Origin: Felis catus
Lineage: Eukaryota
Assembly: GCF_018350175.1 (NCBI RefSeq)
Contig: NC_058368.1
Location: 101,310,001-101,374,000 of the forward strand
Reading direction: 5' to 3'
DNA length: 64,000 bases
The notes under the pieces are model-generated. The model did no database searches. It was given only the letters and a program-made list of their open reading frames with translations, and was not told the origin of the DNA. The position numbers were made by a program, and so were the translations under genes. Every line of letters starts with the position of its first letter. The first letter of the stretch is position 1. Shown here one piece after another: positions 26,931 to 40,675 of this stretch.

Positions 26931-27174
26931 GATTTTTTTTTAAATACCAACTTTGGGACTTGATATATGAAATGTCCCCAAGAGTCAACTCCACAGCGAC
27001 AGAAGGTACAGTAGCGGCTGCCAGGAACTGGGCAGAGGGGAGAATGGCAAAGAACTTGCTCATGCATATGGGGTTTCTTGTGAGGATAACGAAATGTTTT
27101 AGAATTAGTGATCGTTGCACAACTGTGTGAATATAATAATCACCGAATTGTATACTTTACACTGGTGAATTTCA

Positions 27175-27296
27175 GGAGTGCCTGGCTGGCTTAGTCGGTT
27201 GAGGGATGGCCTCTTGATTTCGGCTCAAGGCATGATCCCAGGGTCAGGGACTGAGCCCTACATCCAGCTCTGGGCGGAATGTGGAACCTGTTTGAG

Positions 27297-27350
<54 letters not shown>

Positions 27351-27388
27351 CCTCTTCCCTGCTCATGTGCACTCTCTAAAATAAAAAC
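27175..27388 (+). mobile_element. Older Can-SINE with long (CT)n, inside an L1MB-like 3' fragment (~26960-27425)
   Basis: SINE head plus (CT)n at ~27299-27347; flanks resemble L1 3' UTR (gttgcacaactgtgtgaatat). Confidence 0.8.
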
Positions 27389-28254
27389 CAGTGATTTTAT
27401 GGTTGTGAATTATACCAGTAAAAAAACAAAACAAAACAATCAAGTTAGCTATTCAGTCAAGCTGGACACAGTGATAGCAAGAGGCCAAATTTTAAAATTC
27501 CACACAGAGCTACCAGCGGACCCCTTTTCAGACCAGAACAGGCAATGTGTTGTGGAAACTGAGAGATGAGATTCAGGCCGGGCAGTCGCTGGACACAGTA
27601 GTAAGTGGGCCAGAAAAGTCATGTGGTCACAGGAGACTGTTGTCTTCTCAAGTTGTCTGTGCAGTGCCTTGATACATCGTTCGATCCTACTCAGACTCCC
27701 ACATCTGCCGGCACATCAGGAAGCGAGGTCTACACAGAAATGACCGGGCTACACTGGGAAGGGAACTCTGCACGCTTACACGGATGGGGCACCGCATCGA
27801 CCTGGGAGACGTGACCCACCCTTCCCGTGCACGATAGGCCGGCCTCAGACGGGGAAACTAGACTCTCTCCATGTAGAGGGACCACGAACACCTAAAGGTC
27901 AATTTTATTTCACCCTAAGATATTGGATGGAAGGGCTGCCACTGGGCGCAGTAATGAGAAACGTGTTCGCCAATCCCCACATATTTATCTACTGTGGTTA
28001 CACTCCCAGTCCAGACACTGATGCTAACTCAGTAAGGCGACCGGTGTTAACACATTCACGGACACTTACATATGAAATGGCTGTCGCTCAAGGACTCCAG
28101 AAAAGGAGTTTCAGATGTTCCCAATTTTAAGAGACAGAAAAGCATCCGCGATGTAAGCATTTAAAAACCAAAAACACAAAGTGACTCGACGGGGAGTACC
28201 GAGTGCTTGCCGACCCTGTGCCGGAACAACAGTAACAGACTGCTCGGGATCTCC

Positions 28255-29866
28255 AAGAGACATCGGATTATGACTTTTATTTGTTAAGTGACAGAGCCAG
28301 AGGACGGCTTTACAGAAGGCGAAGTGAACCACACACCAGATGAGAAAAGTCCTTTTGTTTCTTTAAATCTGAGGCCCCCTCTAGTGTCTGAAAACAGTCA
28401 CACGCAGCACACAAAGCAGGTGAAGGCACAGTCACAATATTTTACCAGAGACCTTCCGAAATAACAACACTCCTGTTCCATTCGTGGGGCATGAGTTAAA
28501 GAGAGAAAGGTTTAACCGTAATTAATATTTCCGATTCCTGCTGTGATTCACCTAGTCCGTATTCTCTCACTCAGAAATTTCTCTGTTTTTTACTGCTGGG
28601 TTGTTTTTAGAAGATGAATACTTTGTTATTAAGGAAACAAAATGAAACCTATAATGTGTGTTGGGGCTTTGCGTTTCCAAAAAATACACCTCCTTGAAAA
28701 CGACGGAAAATTATTTTCATGTTTCCCAACAGCCTGTTCTGCTTTTATGGAAGTTCTCGGTAAATGTTACCTATTTCCTGAAGTACACTTAAATTTATTG
28801 TATTTGGGAATCAGGAAATTTTAAACAGCATGTATCTTAAGACTCACATAATCTGTGAATCTGCTAACCAGCCTTTTCGGTACCCTGTAAAAGGAGGTAG
28901 AAAGTGTTGCTCTGAGGACAGATGTTGGCCACGAAGAAGACGTGGTATAGGAATTCTCAGAAGCTTCTATAGACAGGGCACTACATAAATCCAATGACTT
29001 CATCTCGTGTACTTTAAAAAGACTGGTTAAGATTAGGGGGAGTAAAAAATAGCCATTTTTCACTCCTCCTTTCTCAGCACGGGCCTTTGTGTCTGTTTGC
29101 CCGTTACATTAGAGGGTTTGGGTTAACAACGAGCATCAGTGTTACTGGAAGATAAAAAAAATCCCTCTTTTCAAGAAAAGAAAACAATACAATCTTGAGC
29201 AGGAGATGGGCAGAGAAGACCTTTTAAAGCTAGTACTGTCATCTTCCTGCAAGATAATAGCACACGGAAAATTTGGAAATTCAATACTTGCTGAAACAAG
29301 TTTGCTCTGTATGAATTTTATTTACACAAATGACTGTTTTTGTCATTCAGTGTGTGTTATGGCTTCTCTGCATCGATCCTGTTTTCTGTTGTCAAACCTG
29401 TCCTTGGCAAATAGTTACAAGTTAAAAACACAGGCCATCTAACATGAGTTAAATAAAATTGGAGAGATCTCTATATTCAAATGAAGAGGACACGGCTTTT
29501 TTAAAGTGCAACATAGACTCTTTTGGCTCAACATGAAAAATTAGGTAACTGGAAACTACCATAGTCGTTTCTCTAAGAACAAATCTCATGAAAAGCTGTT
29601 CTGAAAGTTAGCCATGAAATCATAAATTATGGGAAATAATGAAAAGCCATTTAAAGTGAGTGTATAAAATGCAATGACAAAACCAGGGTGGGAGAGGTAG
29701 CATAAGGTAAATAAAATCAAATAAATACTGTACAATAACATACAAAATTCTCCTTGTAAAAAATTGAAAATAGGTTTTTAAAACATCCATTTTCTCTTCT
29801 TTTGAGAGTTTGACAACGAAATTAAAATTTAAGCCTGGAGTCTCTGTAAAGATTTTCCAAATGTTA
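28255..29866 (-). other. CEP120: CEP120 3' UTR (distal end approximate)
   Basis: AT-rich, repeat-free sequence after the stop codon; AATAAA on the minus strand at 29317-29322, 28794-28799 and 28276-28281. Confidence 0.6.
28276..28281 (-). terminator. Candidate distal polyadenylation signal AATAAA for CEP120
   Basis: tttatt on plus strand; U/GU-rich stretch downstream on minus strand (~28160-28182). Confidence 0.5.
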
Positions 29867-30101
29867 TTAATTACTGGCATTGTGTTTTGCCAAAACCTCT
29901 CTGATCTGTCGGTCTAGTTCGCTTATTATTCGATCCTCGTGATTATACACACCCGTCCGCATCAAAGTATCCCTTTCTTCTATGAGTCGAGTCAAATAAT
30001 CATCCAAGCCTTCTTCCAATGGGTTGCCACGTGGGCTGTCCATTTTTCCACTTGCAATCTCTCTGGAATCCTGGTACTGTTTTTGTTCTTGTTGCCTTAA
30101 C
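29867..30101 (-). CDS. CEP120: CEP120 terminal exon coding part, (R)[77 protein letters not shown]
   Basis: Acceptor ttctcag at 30102-30103; 1 nt completes the split Arg codon, then 78 codons ending in TAA at 29867-29869; contains the conserved [20 protein letters not shown] motif. Confidence 0.97.
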
Positions 30102-30203
30102 CTGAGAAGTCAAGAACCAATACCGCTCTAGCAGGCAGCAAATACCATGTTGGGTTCTGATTTTTTTGTTAACAACCCCGTTTTAAAAAATGACTTAATG
30201 GTC

Positions 30204-30430
30204 GGGGCGCCTGGGTGGCGCAGTCGGTTAAGTGTCCGACTTCAGTCAGGTCACGATCTCGCGGTCCGTGAGTTCGAGCCCCGCGTCGGGCTCTGGGCTG
30301 ATGGCTCGGAGCCTGGAGCCTGTTTCCGATTCTGTGTCTCCCTCTCTCTCTGCCCCTCCCCTGTTCATGCTCTGTCTCTCTCTGTCCCAAAAATAAATAA
30401 AAAACGTTGAAAAAAAAAATTAAAAAAAAA
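30204..30430 (+). mobile_element. Young Can-SINE in CEP120 last intron (antisense to the gene)
   Basis: TSD aaaaaatgacttaatggt at 30185-30202 and 30426-30443. Confidence 0.95.
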
Positions 30431-31959
30431 ATGACTTAATGGTAAATTATGTCTGTAGTAGGATTTTCAGGAAGACGACAAAAACCAGCATTCGACTTGG
30501 CTAGCCAGAGTAAGCATACTCTTCAAAGACAGTTTTGAAAACAATATTTGTTTTTTCTAATAATGAAACACATAAACACTGTAGACGTTCTGGAAATGTG
30601 CAAAAAAAGAAAATGAAATCATTATGATCTTCCTTTAGATAACCCATCCAAGTAATAATTTTCTATGAAAAAGTCATGTGTATTTTAAATATTTTTCTAA
30701 AACATTGACGATAGTATACTGGCAAAGCTGTCTATGATTTTTTTTCACTTCCTAATATAACAAAAGTTTTCTTACATCTCTAAGGGTGCTTCTACAGGGC
30801 TCCCCAACACTCCATCATTTGGATGTAGCGTTACTTAATCATCCTTTATTGCTGATATTTAGGTTGTGGTTAAACCTTTGTTGTTTTGAACAGAATATCC
30901 TTCTCCATTCATTCCACAAATGTACCAAACAGTACTAGGTTTTGGGGATACTACAGTGAATCGTGAAGAAAACTTTCCATTATGGAGCTGAGGTCACTGA
31001 GCATTTGTAGAAAGTGAAACTGTACGGATGTGAATGCCTGGTTCAGAGGGCATGTACATTTGAAGACTCTGTTTGCCAAGTCTTCACATTATGTTTGTGA
31101 TGCCTCATCCAGGAGACAGAGAATGGAGCAGGTATCAGACTGGAATCGGGGTACTTCCGATGGAATACTGTTAACCACACTGCCTTGTAAATGTCATATA
31201 CTTAGTATACTTACTATGTGATAGTGATACCAAGTTTGGACAAGGCATATGTTTTGTTTTAATTGAGAATATACCATTAAGAGAGAACCTCATATTCCTC
31301 TAGCAAGTAACTATAAAAATGTTTTCATTTGCAACTACTCCTAAATTTTGTTATAAATAAGAAGGATGAAGCAGTTAAGTCTGAGCCCCGGCTTCTGCAT
31401 GGTCTTTAGAGTAACGATGCCAATGAGAACCAAATCCACTTGTGAATTGACACAGAGTTGGGGAGATGCAGTGAGGAGAGTCCTGGTCTCACAGACAAGG
31501 AGGACTGAGCCCCGACAAAGGGTGCAGGACTCTTGACAGCATACACTTTGGTCTGTTCAAAGTGTATGAACAAGATTCCCCACAAACGAACAGGAAACTG
31601 AAGTCTACAGTCCAAGAAGGATACCAAACATCTCCATCTGTTGTGAGAGAAGAAGCCTAAGTAGTGAAAGCACTGTGGTTTGTGACAGGGGTGGAAATCA
31701 AATGGTTAATGGAAAAATGGTACAAATTAGAGCAATTCGTATGGATGCCGCCCCTGTTGTGATTTTTATAGTTCTCTTGGAGAAAGGGGTCCTCTGTGCA
31801 AACTAATGACATATGACATCAAACTATGTATTAGAAACTCCAACCATTTTCATGTTCATCTGTTTATGCATGAAAGATAAATGGAATTTTTACACAAGTG
31901 ATAGATTATCCCTACTGCATCTTGACTAAAATGCAAATCACCCATCAGGCTCACAGTAG

Positions 31960-32680
31960 ATCTTTAGAACCTTATAGCTGAAAAAGTCCATAAAGTTGTC
32001 AAAGGACACTCTACATCCCTGACAAACACTGTGTCTGGCCTCCACCTGCACGTTTCTATCACTAGGAACCTACTGCTTTGTACAACTGCTCTGTTAGAGT
32101 TCTTTCTTACAAAGAACTTAGTGTCCAGGCTTCTCCTTTCCAAGAGCTGGCTATGATTCTGCTCAGGAAGGGCACTGACTTCTCTTTAGCTCAGTAGCCC
32201 TCCACCTACTTGAAGACAGCTGTCTAATACTCTGCCCTAGAGTTCTCAAGTTCAATATCCCTCACTCTCCTAACCACCTTTTAGGTCACATTCCATCGGA
32301 AGCCCTCAAGGTAGGTGACTGACTTGAAAACGTGTTGCACGTGGGTAAGAACACCCCAGGTGTGGTTTTACCAGTGCTGAGTAACTGAACACGTCTCTCC
32401 ATGTCCCTAACTGCAGTGGCACTTTGACAGCCAAGTCACACGGTTACTAGTGGCCACTCAAATCCTCCCCGGCTTCCTCACATCAACCGTTTTATTATGT
32501 CCTGCCCATCACTTAAGAGGTTTTTCTTGTAAGGACTCTGCTTTTGTTTCTAATCTACTTATTGGTTTAAATTCTCTCTAAATCCTAATTTCTTGAGATT
32601 AATAATCTTAATATCTCATTAATAAGATTTAATTTTGCATGACCTACAAATTTGATACCAAATGGCTATCTTCAGCCAAC
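31960..32680 (-). mobile_element. Ancient CR1/L3-like LINE remnant
   Basis: Degenerate motifs such as gaacaccccaggtgtggttttaccagtgctgagta resemble reverse L3. Confidence 0.45.
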
Positions 32681-32991
32681 AGAATCGTGCTTAGTAAGTA
32701 GCAGAGGCTTAATATAGAGTGGCCTAGAACCAAAACATGCACTAGATGCGTATGGCAGCAAAATGCTGGAAGGCGAGGATCATGTTACTAATTTGTAACA
32801 TCTTCCACGTTTACAATATAGTGGCCACCAAATATGTGATTAAAAACGAAAATCTGAAAATGGAGCCTGCAGCATGGCACTACAGACCTTAACCTTTTCC
32901 AACTGATACTTATGTATAAATATTCTAAGTGTAGTTGTTTAATTCAGCTCTGAACCCACCTAATAGAGTGACTGCATCTGTCAAATGTATG

Positions 32992-33328
32992 TGCTGTGGA
33001 CCGAATTTTGTGTCCCTCAAAGTTAATATGCTGAAGCTCTCATCCTTAATGTGATGGTATTTGGAGAAAGGGTCTTCGGGAGATGAGTAGGTTTAGATGA
33101 GAGCATAAGGGTGGGGATCTCATGCTGGGATTCCTGCTCATAGCAGAAAAGACACTAGAGACAGTGGGAGGACACAGTGTGAAGCAGCTATGTACAAGCC
33201 AGAGAGTCCTCACCACAAACTCAACATGCTGGTCCCCTGATCTGGAACTTTGAGCCTCTAGCACTGTGAGAAAGAAATTTCTGTTGTTGAAGCCACCCAG
33301 TGTACAGATGGCAGCCCAAGCTAAGACG
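32992..33328 (+). mobile_element. MaLR MLT1A-type solo LTR
   Basis: tgctgtggaccgaattttgtgtccctcaaa start; aatgtgatggtatttggag; actgtgagaaagaaatttctgttgttgaagccacccag; ends ctaagac. Confidence 0.8.
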
Positions 33329-33494
33329 GTTTGCTGTGCTGAAATGAAAATACTAGTATCTTGATCAACTAACTTAAAAAGTCTTCCCCCAAAGTCCGTA
33401 ATTTGTTCTTATGCTGCTTTCTAATGATGGCTTTTCTGACATGCAATACTGCTGAAATCGTAACTCAGATGAACATGACATTCCAGAGAAGTCC

Positions 33495-33750
33495 AGTGGT
33501 GAACAGTAATTAAAAACACAGCCACAGAATCACATGTGAACCCTGCTGGCTCCATGATTTACTAGCTATGTGACCTTGGAAAGGGTACTTAAATCTCTAA
33601 CCAGCAGGTTCCTCGTCTGTAAATGGGGATGATATCTTCCTCACAAAGCTGCTTTCAAGATTAAAAAAAAAAAAAAATTAGCCAAGAAAACATTTATAAA
33701 AGCTCCTGGCCTATAGTAAGGGCTCAATAAGTAAGGGCAATTTTATTATT
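33495..33750 (+). mobile_element. MIR SINE
   Basis: Core tactagctatgtgaccttgg...ttcctcgtctgtaaatgggga; L2-like tail cctggcctatagtaagggctcaataa. Confidence 0.8.
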
Positions 33751-33812
33751 TATATTAACAATACAACTAGATTTGAAGTGTCTTACTTTTATGTTATTAA
33801 AAATTCAGTGTA

Positions 33813-34038
33813 GGGGCGCCTGGGTGGCGCAGTCGGTTAAGCGTCCGACGTCAGCCAGGTCACGATCTCGCGGTCTGTGAGTTCGAGCCCCGCGTCAGGC
33901 TCTGGGCTGATGGCTCAGAGCCTGGAGCCTGTTTCCGATCCTGTGTCTCCCTCTCTCTCTGCCCCTCCCCCATTCATGCTCTGTCTCTCTCTGTCCCCAA
34001 AATAAATAAAAACGTTGAAAAAAAAAATTAAAAAAAAA
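33813..34038 (+). mobile_element. Young Can-SINE (antisense to CEP120)
   Basis: TSD aaaaattcagtgta on both sides. Confidence 0.95.
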
Positions 34039-34279
34039 ATTCAGTGTAATCAATTACCTTGAAATAGTAGCGAGAATCCTACAGCAGTCATACAAAAATA
34101 AAATTTAAAGGATTAACGCTATGAATAGGAAGAAAAAAGCTACATACACCTACATTTATGGCAAAAAATAGCATAATGGTCCTTAGTGTAGATTTTCTAT
34201 TTTGCTAGTCCACTACATTTTTCTTAAAGCTCTGACATTGTACTTTCCTTGGACCAATAGCCAATTAAAGGTTCTCCTA

Positions 34280-34510
<231 letters not shown>

Positions 34511-37243
34511 TTAGGAATAAATGTATCTCATAGGACTGTGACTTGTGTTCATAATCCTGTTAGATGACACCCATGATATAGCCATGCTCTCCAACTGTAT
34601 GAGTCACCTACTATCTGGGAAGGCCCAGGCTCTCTTGAAAGCTCTCACTCGTCTTCTTGTTATAAGCCATAATCATTCATGGCCCAATCAGTGAATTGAG
34701 GTTAGATAACCACCATAAGATAACAGAAGATGAAGGAAAGAAAGAGTCTGCTGTCAACATAATGATGTGCCCCACGGAGCAGTGGTAAAAGCATCTAAGA
34801 AATAGTTTAATTATACAAAGAAGTACCCTGAAAAATTGAACTGTCTCTGCACTGGTCACTAATTCTCCTTCAAGCTCAGGTAATAAATAATATGCCTTTC
34901 TACTCTTCTTCAAGATCACACAAAAATCTCTGCAGCTAGGATATAAAATTTCTTTAGAATGAATGTGTAACCTTCCACAGAATGGATATCCCATGGTTTA
35001 CTTAACCACTCTCTCAGGAACAGGCACTTCTGATATCATAAGCACTGCTTCAGTAAAACACCCTATCATCTAACAGAGATGGTTCATGGTCCTTTCTACA
35101 TATGTTTTGAGGGACAGGTCCTTTTCTTTGGGGTCAGAACCACCAAAGGGGAGAACTGTATCAATAGGTATGTCTTTTTTTTTTTAACATAAAATTTTTC
35201 TGAATAACAATAAACTGCCAAATGGCGAGTGGGCATTGTGGTAAAATTTTGCAAAGCCAACTCCTCCGTGCAGATTGAGAAACAGAAATTTAAGAGAACC
35301 CCACAAATGCCTCTGTGGCTTCTGCCCAGCCATTAACCACTCATCCTCTCCTCAAGGTAATTACTACCCTAACTTCTAACACCACAAATTACTTTTGACT
35401 GCTTTGAACTTCATGTACATGGAATTGTATATATTTATGTTTGGCTATCTTGAGTTAAAATGGTTTGCACATTCATTTGTATTTGGTATAGCTGATGTCT
35501 GCCATTCCTATATACTATTACACAGTCTATTCATTCCACCGTCAAGGGACATTTGGGTTGGTTTGTAATTTCGTTCTATAAAACTGATGTGAACATTATG
35601 TATGCCTTTCTACTGGGTATAGGATTCAACCAGAAGGATACGAAAATTTCAGTATTACTAAGTATTGTCAAATAGCTTTCAAAGTAGTTGGAACTAATTT
35701 GTACTTGCCTGTGAGTTTTCCAGGGCTCCATATTCTTATTGGCACTTGGTAATTTCTTTTTTTATTTAAACCATTCTGATAGGTTACATGGTGGTATCTC
35801 ACTGTGATTTCATTTTGCATTTTTTTTTCAAAGAATAATGAGGTTGAACATGGTATAATATTTGTAACGGCGTTCTTTCTTTTTGTGAATTTCCTGTTCA
35901 GCCATTTGGCACATTGCTCTACTTGGCTATGCATTTTCCCTTATTGATATATTCATAGTTCCTTATATATACTGAGTAAGTCTTCTGTCAATTATTTAAA
36001 TATTGCAAATATTTTCCACTAGTTTTATTTTTTCTTGCCTTTTCATTCCTTTTAGTGGTGTTTTTGACTTAATTTTGACAGAGTCCACATCTGGTCTCAT
36101 CTTTTTTGGCTGGTGCCTTCTTTGTCCAACTTAAGTAAATTTTTGCCTGCCTCAATCTTGAAGAGACTCTTTATGAAGATGCTCTCTTATACCATCCTGA
36201 AGGTTCATTCAGATCACTAATTCATGTACATATATATGTAATTCATGTACTGGTTTTGAGGATGTGTGAGATCAAGTTTATTTTCTCCCCCTCCCCTACC
36301 CCCATATAGAGCTTCAACTGATGTGGGAACATTTACTAAAAAAAAATTGCATCTCCCATGGTTTGGCAGTAACAACACTGATATACCACTTCTGTCCATG
36401 TATGTAATATATGTATGGGTTTGTTTATGGAATCGCTCACCTGATCTATTTCTCTGCCTTTGCATTCAGTTATATTGCTTTGATGCTGTAACTTTGAAAA
36501 TAATAATTCTTGATAAGTGATAGTATAAGTCTTCCACCTCTGGCTGTCCTTCAGAATTCTCTTAGCTATTCGGGACTCTGACATTTTTATATAAATCTCT
36601 GTTGCTAAAGCTGGAAAAAAGAAAGGCTCCTGGGATCTGCTTACGAGTGTGCTTAATCTACACATCACTTTGGCCAAAAGCATTATATTTACAATACTGA
36701 TTCTTCAATCAGTGAACAGTTTACCTCTCCAATTATTTAGGTCTTAATTTCATTTAATATTTTATACCTCTCTACAGATGAAGGGTAAGAACTTAGAATA
36801 TGCTCCTAGGTATTTCTTGATTTTAGATGTTATAGTAAATGGCAGTTTTTAAATTCTCATTTTCTAATTGGCCCTATTGTAATTAAAATTGGTAATTATG
36901 TACTGAGTTCATTTCAGCAAACTTGCTAAACTCACTTAGCAAGTCAGTGTGTCACCTGTAGATACTTTTTGGCTTTCTAAATATAATAGTATCATCTACA
37001 AATAATAGTTTTATCTTCTCCTTTCCAACTGATACACCCTTTGTATGTTTTACTCGTTTATTTTCTGAAGGTGTTAACCAACCAACTTTACCTTTATTTA
37101 ATAAATAAACTCAGTTCAGATGCTTATACACTGTTTATCAATGTTCCTGAGACTGGATGTCCAATTGATTTTGTTCTTATAATATCTTTGTCAGGTTTGG
37201 AGATCAAGATTATGCTAGTCTTGTTTTTAAAGAGAGGAATGTA

Positions 37244-37476
37244 GGGGCGCCTGGGTGGCGCAGTCGGTTAGGCGTCCGACTTTAGCCAGGTCACGATCTC
37301 ACGGTCCGTGAGTTCGAGCCCCGCGTCAGGCTCTGGGCTGATGGCTCGGAACCTGGAGCCTGTTTCCGATTCTGTGTCTCCCTCTCTCTCTGCCCCTCCC
37401 CCGTTCATGCTCTGTCTCTCTCTGTCCCAAAAATAAATAAAAACGCTGAAGAAAAAAAAATTTTTTTTTAAATAAA
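37244..37476 (+). mobile_element. Young Can-SINE
   Basis: TSD agaggaatgt; consensus-like body. Confidence 0.94.
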
Positions 37477-39859
37477 AAGAGGAATGTTCTGTCTTCCTTC
37501 TTTCTGAAACAGTTTAAGTTTAGCATTAGTTCTAAAACTTTTACTGAAATTCACATGTGAAGCCATCTGGGTCTAGAGCGTTTGTGTGAAAGTTTTTCAT
37601 TACAGACTCAATTTCCCTAACAGCTATCCAAAGAATATTTTGTTTCTTTTTATGTCAGTTTTGTAAGTTCTGTATCTAAAGTTCACAAAAAAATTTTAAT
37701 ACCATTCTCCTATCTTTTTAAATGACTGTGGGATCAGAATTCCTGTGTCCCTTTTTTTTTTAAATTCTTGATATTCTCTTTTTGTCCTTGAACACTCCAT
37801 GGAGGAGGTCTTTTCAAAGAACTTTTTGCTTTGTTGACTATGTTATATGCACATTTCCTCCCTATTTCATTAATTTTTACTTATCCCTTCCTTCTAGTTG
37901 CCTTAATTTCTTATTCTTTTACTATTTGAAAGGGATATTTTGGAAAAAAAATTTTTCTTTGCTATTTTTTAAGTGCACTCAAGGTTATGAAATTTTCTAC
38001 TAAGCACAGCTTGAATTAAATCTCATGCCTTGAGGGGGCACCTAGATGGCTCAAATGGCTGAGCATCTGACTCTTTTCTTTAATTAATTAATTATTTTTT
38101 TAATTTACATCCAAGGTAGTTAGCATATAGTGCAACAATGATTTCAGGAGTAGATTCCTTAACGCCCCCTACCCATTTAGCCCATCCCCCAACCCCTCTA
38201 GCAACCCTCTATTTGTTCTCCATATTTAAGAGTTTATGTTTTGTCCCCCTTCCTGTTTTTATATTATTTTTGCTTCCCTTCCTTTATGTTCATCTGTTCT
38301 TTGTCTTAAAGTAATATGAGTGAAGTCATATGATATTTGTCTTTCTCTAATTTCACTTAGCATAATACCCTCAGTTCCATCCACATAATTGCAAACGGCA
38401 AGATTTCATTCTTTTTGATTGCCGAGTAATACTCCATTGTATGTATATATACCACATCTTCTTTATCCATTCATCCATCGCTGGACATTTGGGCTCTTTC
38501 CATACTTTGGCTATTGTTGATAGTGCTGCTGTAAACATTGGGGTGCTTGTTTCCCTTCAAAACAGCATACCTGTATCCCTTGGATAAATACCTAGTAGTG
38601 CAATTGCTGGGTTGTAGGGTAGTTTTATTTTTAATTTTTTGAGGAACCTCCATACTGTTTTCCAGAGTGTCTGCAGCAGTTTGCATTCCCACCAATAGTG
38701 CAAAAGAGATCCTCTTTCTCTGCATCCTCTCCAACATCTGTTGTTGCCTGGGTTGTCAATGTTAGCCATTTTGACAGGTGTAAGGTGGTATCTCATTGTG
38801 GTTTGGATTTGTATTTTCCTGATGATGAGTGATGTTGAGCGTTTTTTCATGTGTCTGCTAACCATCTGGATGTCCTCTTTGGAGAAGTGTCTATTCATGT
38901 CTTTTGCCCATTTCTTCACTGGATTGCTTTTTTGGGTGTTGAGTTTGATGTGTTCTTTATAGGTCTTGGATACTAACCCTTTATCGGACAGGTCGTTTGC
39001 AAGTATCTTCTCCCATTCTGTCGGTTGGCTTTCAGTTTGCTGATTGCTTCCTTTGCTGTGCAGAAAGCCTTTAGTTTTGATGAAGTCCCAATAGTTCATT
39101 TTTGCTTTTGTTTCCCTTGCCTCCAAAGACATGTTGAGTAAGACTATGCTGTGGCCCAGGCCAAGGTCAAAGAGGTTTTTACGTGCTTTCTCCTCTATGA
39201 TTTTGATGGCTTCCTGTCTTACATTTAAGTCTTTCATCCATTTTGAGTTTATTTTTGTGTGTGGTGTAAAAAAGAGACTGTCTTTATTCTATTGGATATT
39301 CTTTACGGTTTTGTCACAGATTAGTTTGCCATACTTCTGTGGGTCCCATTTCTGGGTTCTCTATTCTGTTCCATTAATCCTAGTGTCTCATTTTGTGCCA
39401 GTACCATACTGTCTTGACAATTACAGCTTTGTAATACAGTTTGAAGTCCGGGATTGAGATTGCCTCCGGTTTTGGTTTTCTTTTTCAAGATTGCTTTGAC
39501 TGCTCAGAATCTTTTCTGGTTCTATACAAATTTTAGGATTGTTCCAGCTCTGTGAAGAATGCTGGAATTGCGCTGAATATGTGGATTGCTTTGGGGAGTA
39601 TCAACATTTTAACAATGTTTGTTTTTCCTATGCAGAAGCATGGAGTATTTTTCCTTTTTGTGTGTGTCATCTTCAATTTCTTTCATAAGCTTTCTACAGT
39701 TTTTAGTGTATAGATTTTTCACCTCTTTGGTTAGATTTATTCCTAGGTATCTTACGGTTTTTGGTGCAATTGTAAATGGGATTGATTCCTTGATTTCTCT
39801 TTTTGCTGCTTCATCGTTGGTGTATGGGAATGCAGTCGATTTCTGGGCATTGATTTTTA

Positions 39860-40078
39860 AAAAAAATTTTTTTTTTAACATTTATTTATTTTTGAGACAG
39901 AGAGAGACAGAGCATGAATGGGGGAGGGGCAGAGAGAGAAGGAGACACAGAATCGGAAGCAGGCTCCAGGCTCTGAGCCATCAGCCCAGAGCCTGACGCA
40001 GGGCTCGAACTCACAGACCGCGAGATCGTGACCTGGCTGAAGTCGGATGCTTAACCGACTGTGCCACCCATGCGCCCC
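39860..40078 (-). mobile_element. Can-SINE inside L1
   Basis: TSD tgggcattgatttt. Confidence 0.94.
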
Positions 40079-40444
40079 TGGGCATTGATTTTATATCCTG
40101 CGACTTTGCTGAATTCATGGATCAGAATTCATGGTAGAATCTTTTGGGTTTTCCATTTAGAGTAATATGTCATCTGTGACAAGTGAAAGTTTGACATCCT
40201 CCTGGCTGATTTGGATGCCTTTTATTCCTTTGTGCTGATTGTTGAGGCTAAGACTTCCAATACTATGTTGAATAACAGTGGTAAAAGTGGACATCCCTCT
40301 TCCTAGGTTAGGTCTAACTTGAGGGGGAAAACTCTGTTTATCCCCATTGAGGATGGTATTAATATCCTTTCATGTATGGCTTTTATAATCTTGAGATATG
40401 ATCCTTCTGTCCCTACTTTCTTGAGGGTTTTTACCAAGGGGTTT

Positions 40445-40675
40445 TTTATTTTTATTTATTTATTTTTAAAGTTTTTATTTATTTTTGAGACAGAGAGAGA
40501 CAGAGCATGAGCAGGGGAGGGGCAGAGAGAGAGAGGGAGACACAGAATCTGAAGCAAGCTCCAGGCTCTGAGCTGTCAGCACAGAGCCTGACGTGGGGCT
40601 TGAACTCACAGACTGTAAGAGCATGACCTGAGCTGAAGTCAGATGCTTAACCGACTGAGCCACCCAGGCGCCCCC
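40445..40675 (-). mobile_element. Can-SINE inside L1
   Basis: Reverse SINE; approximate TSD aaggg(g)ttttttatt. Confidence 0.92.
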
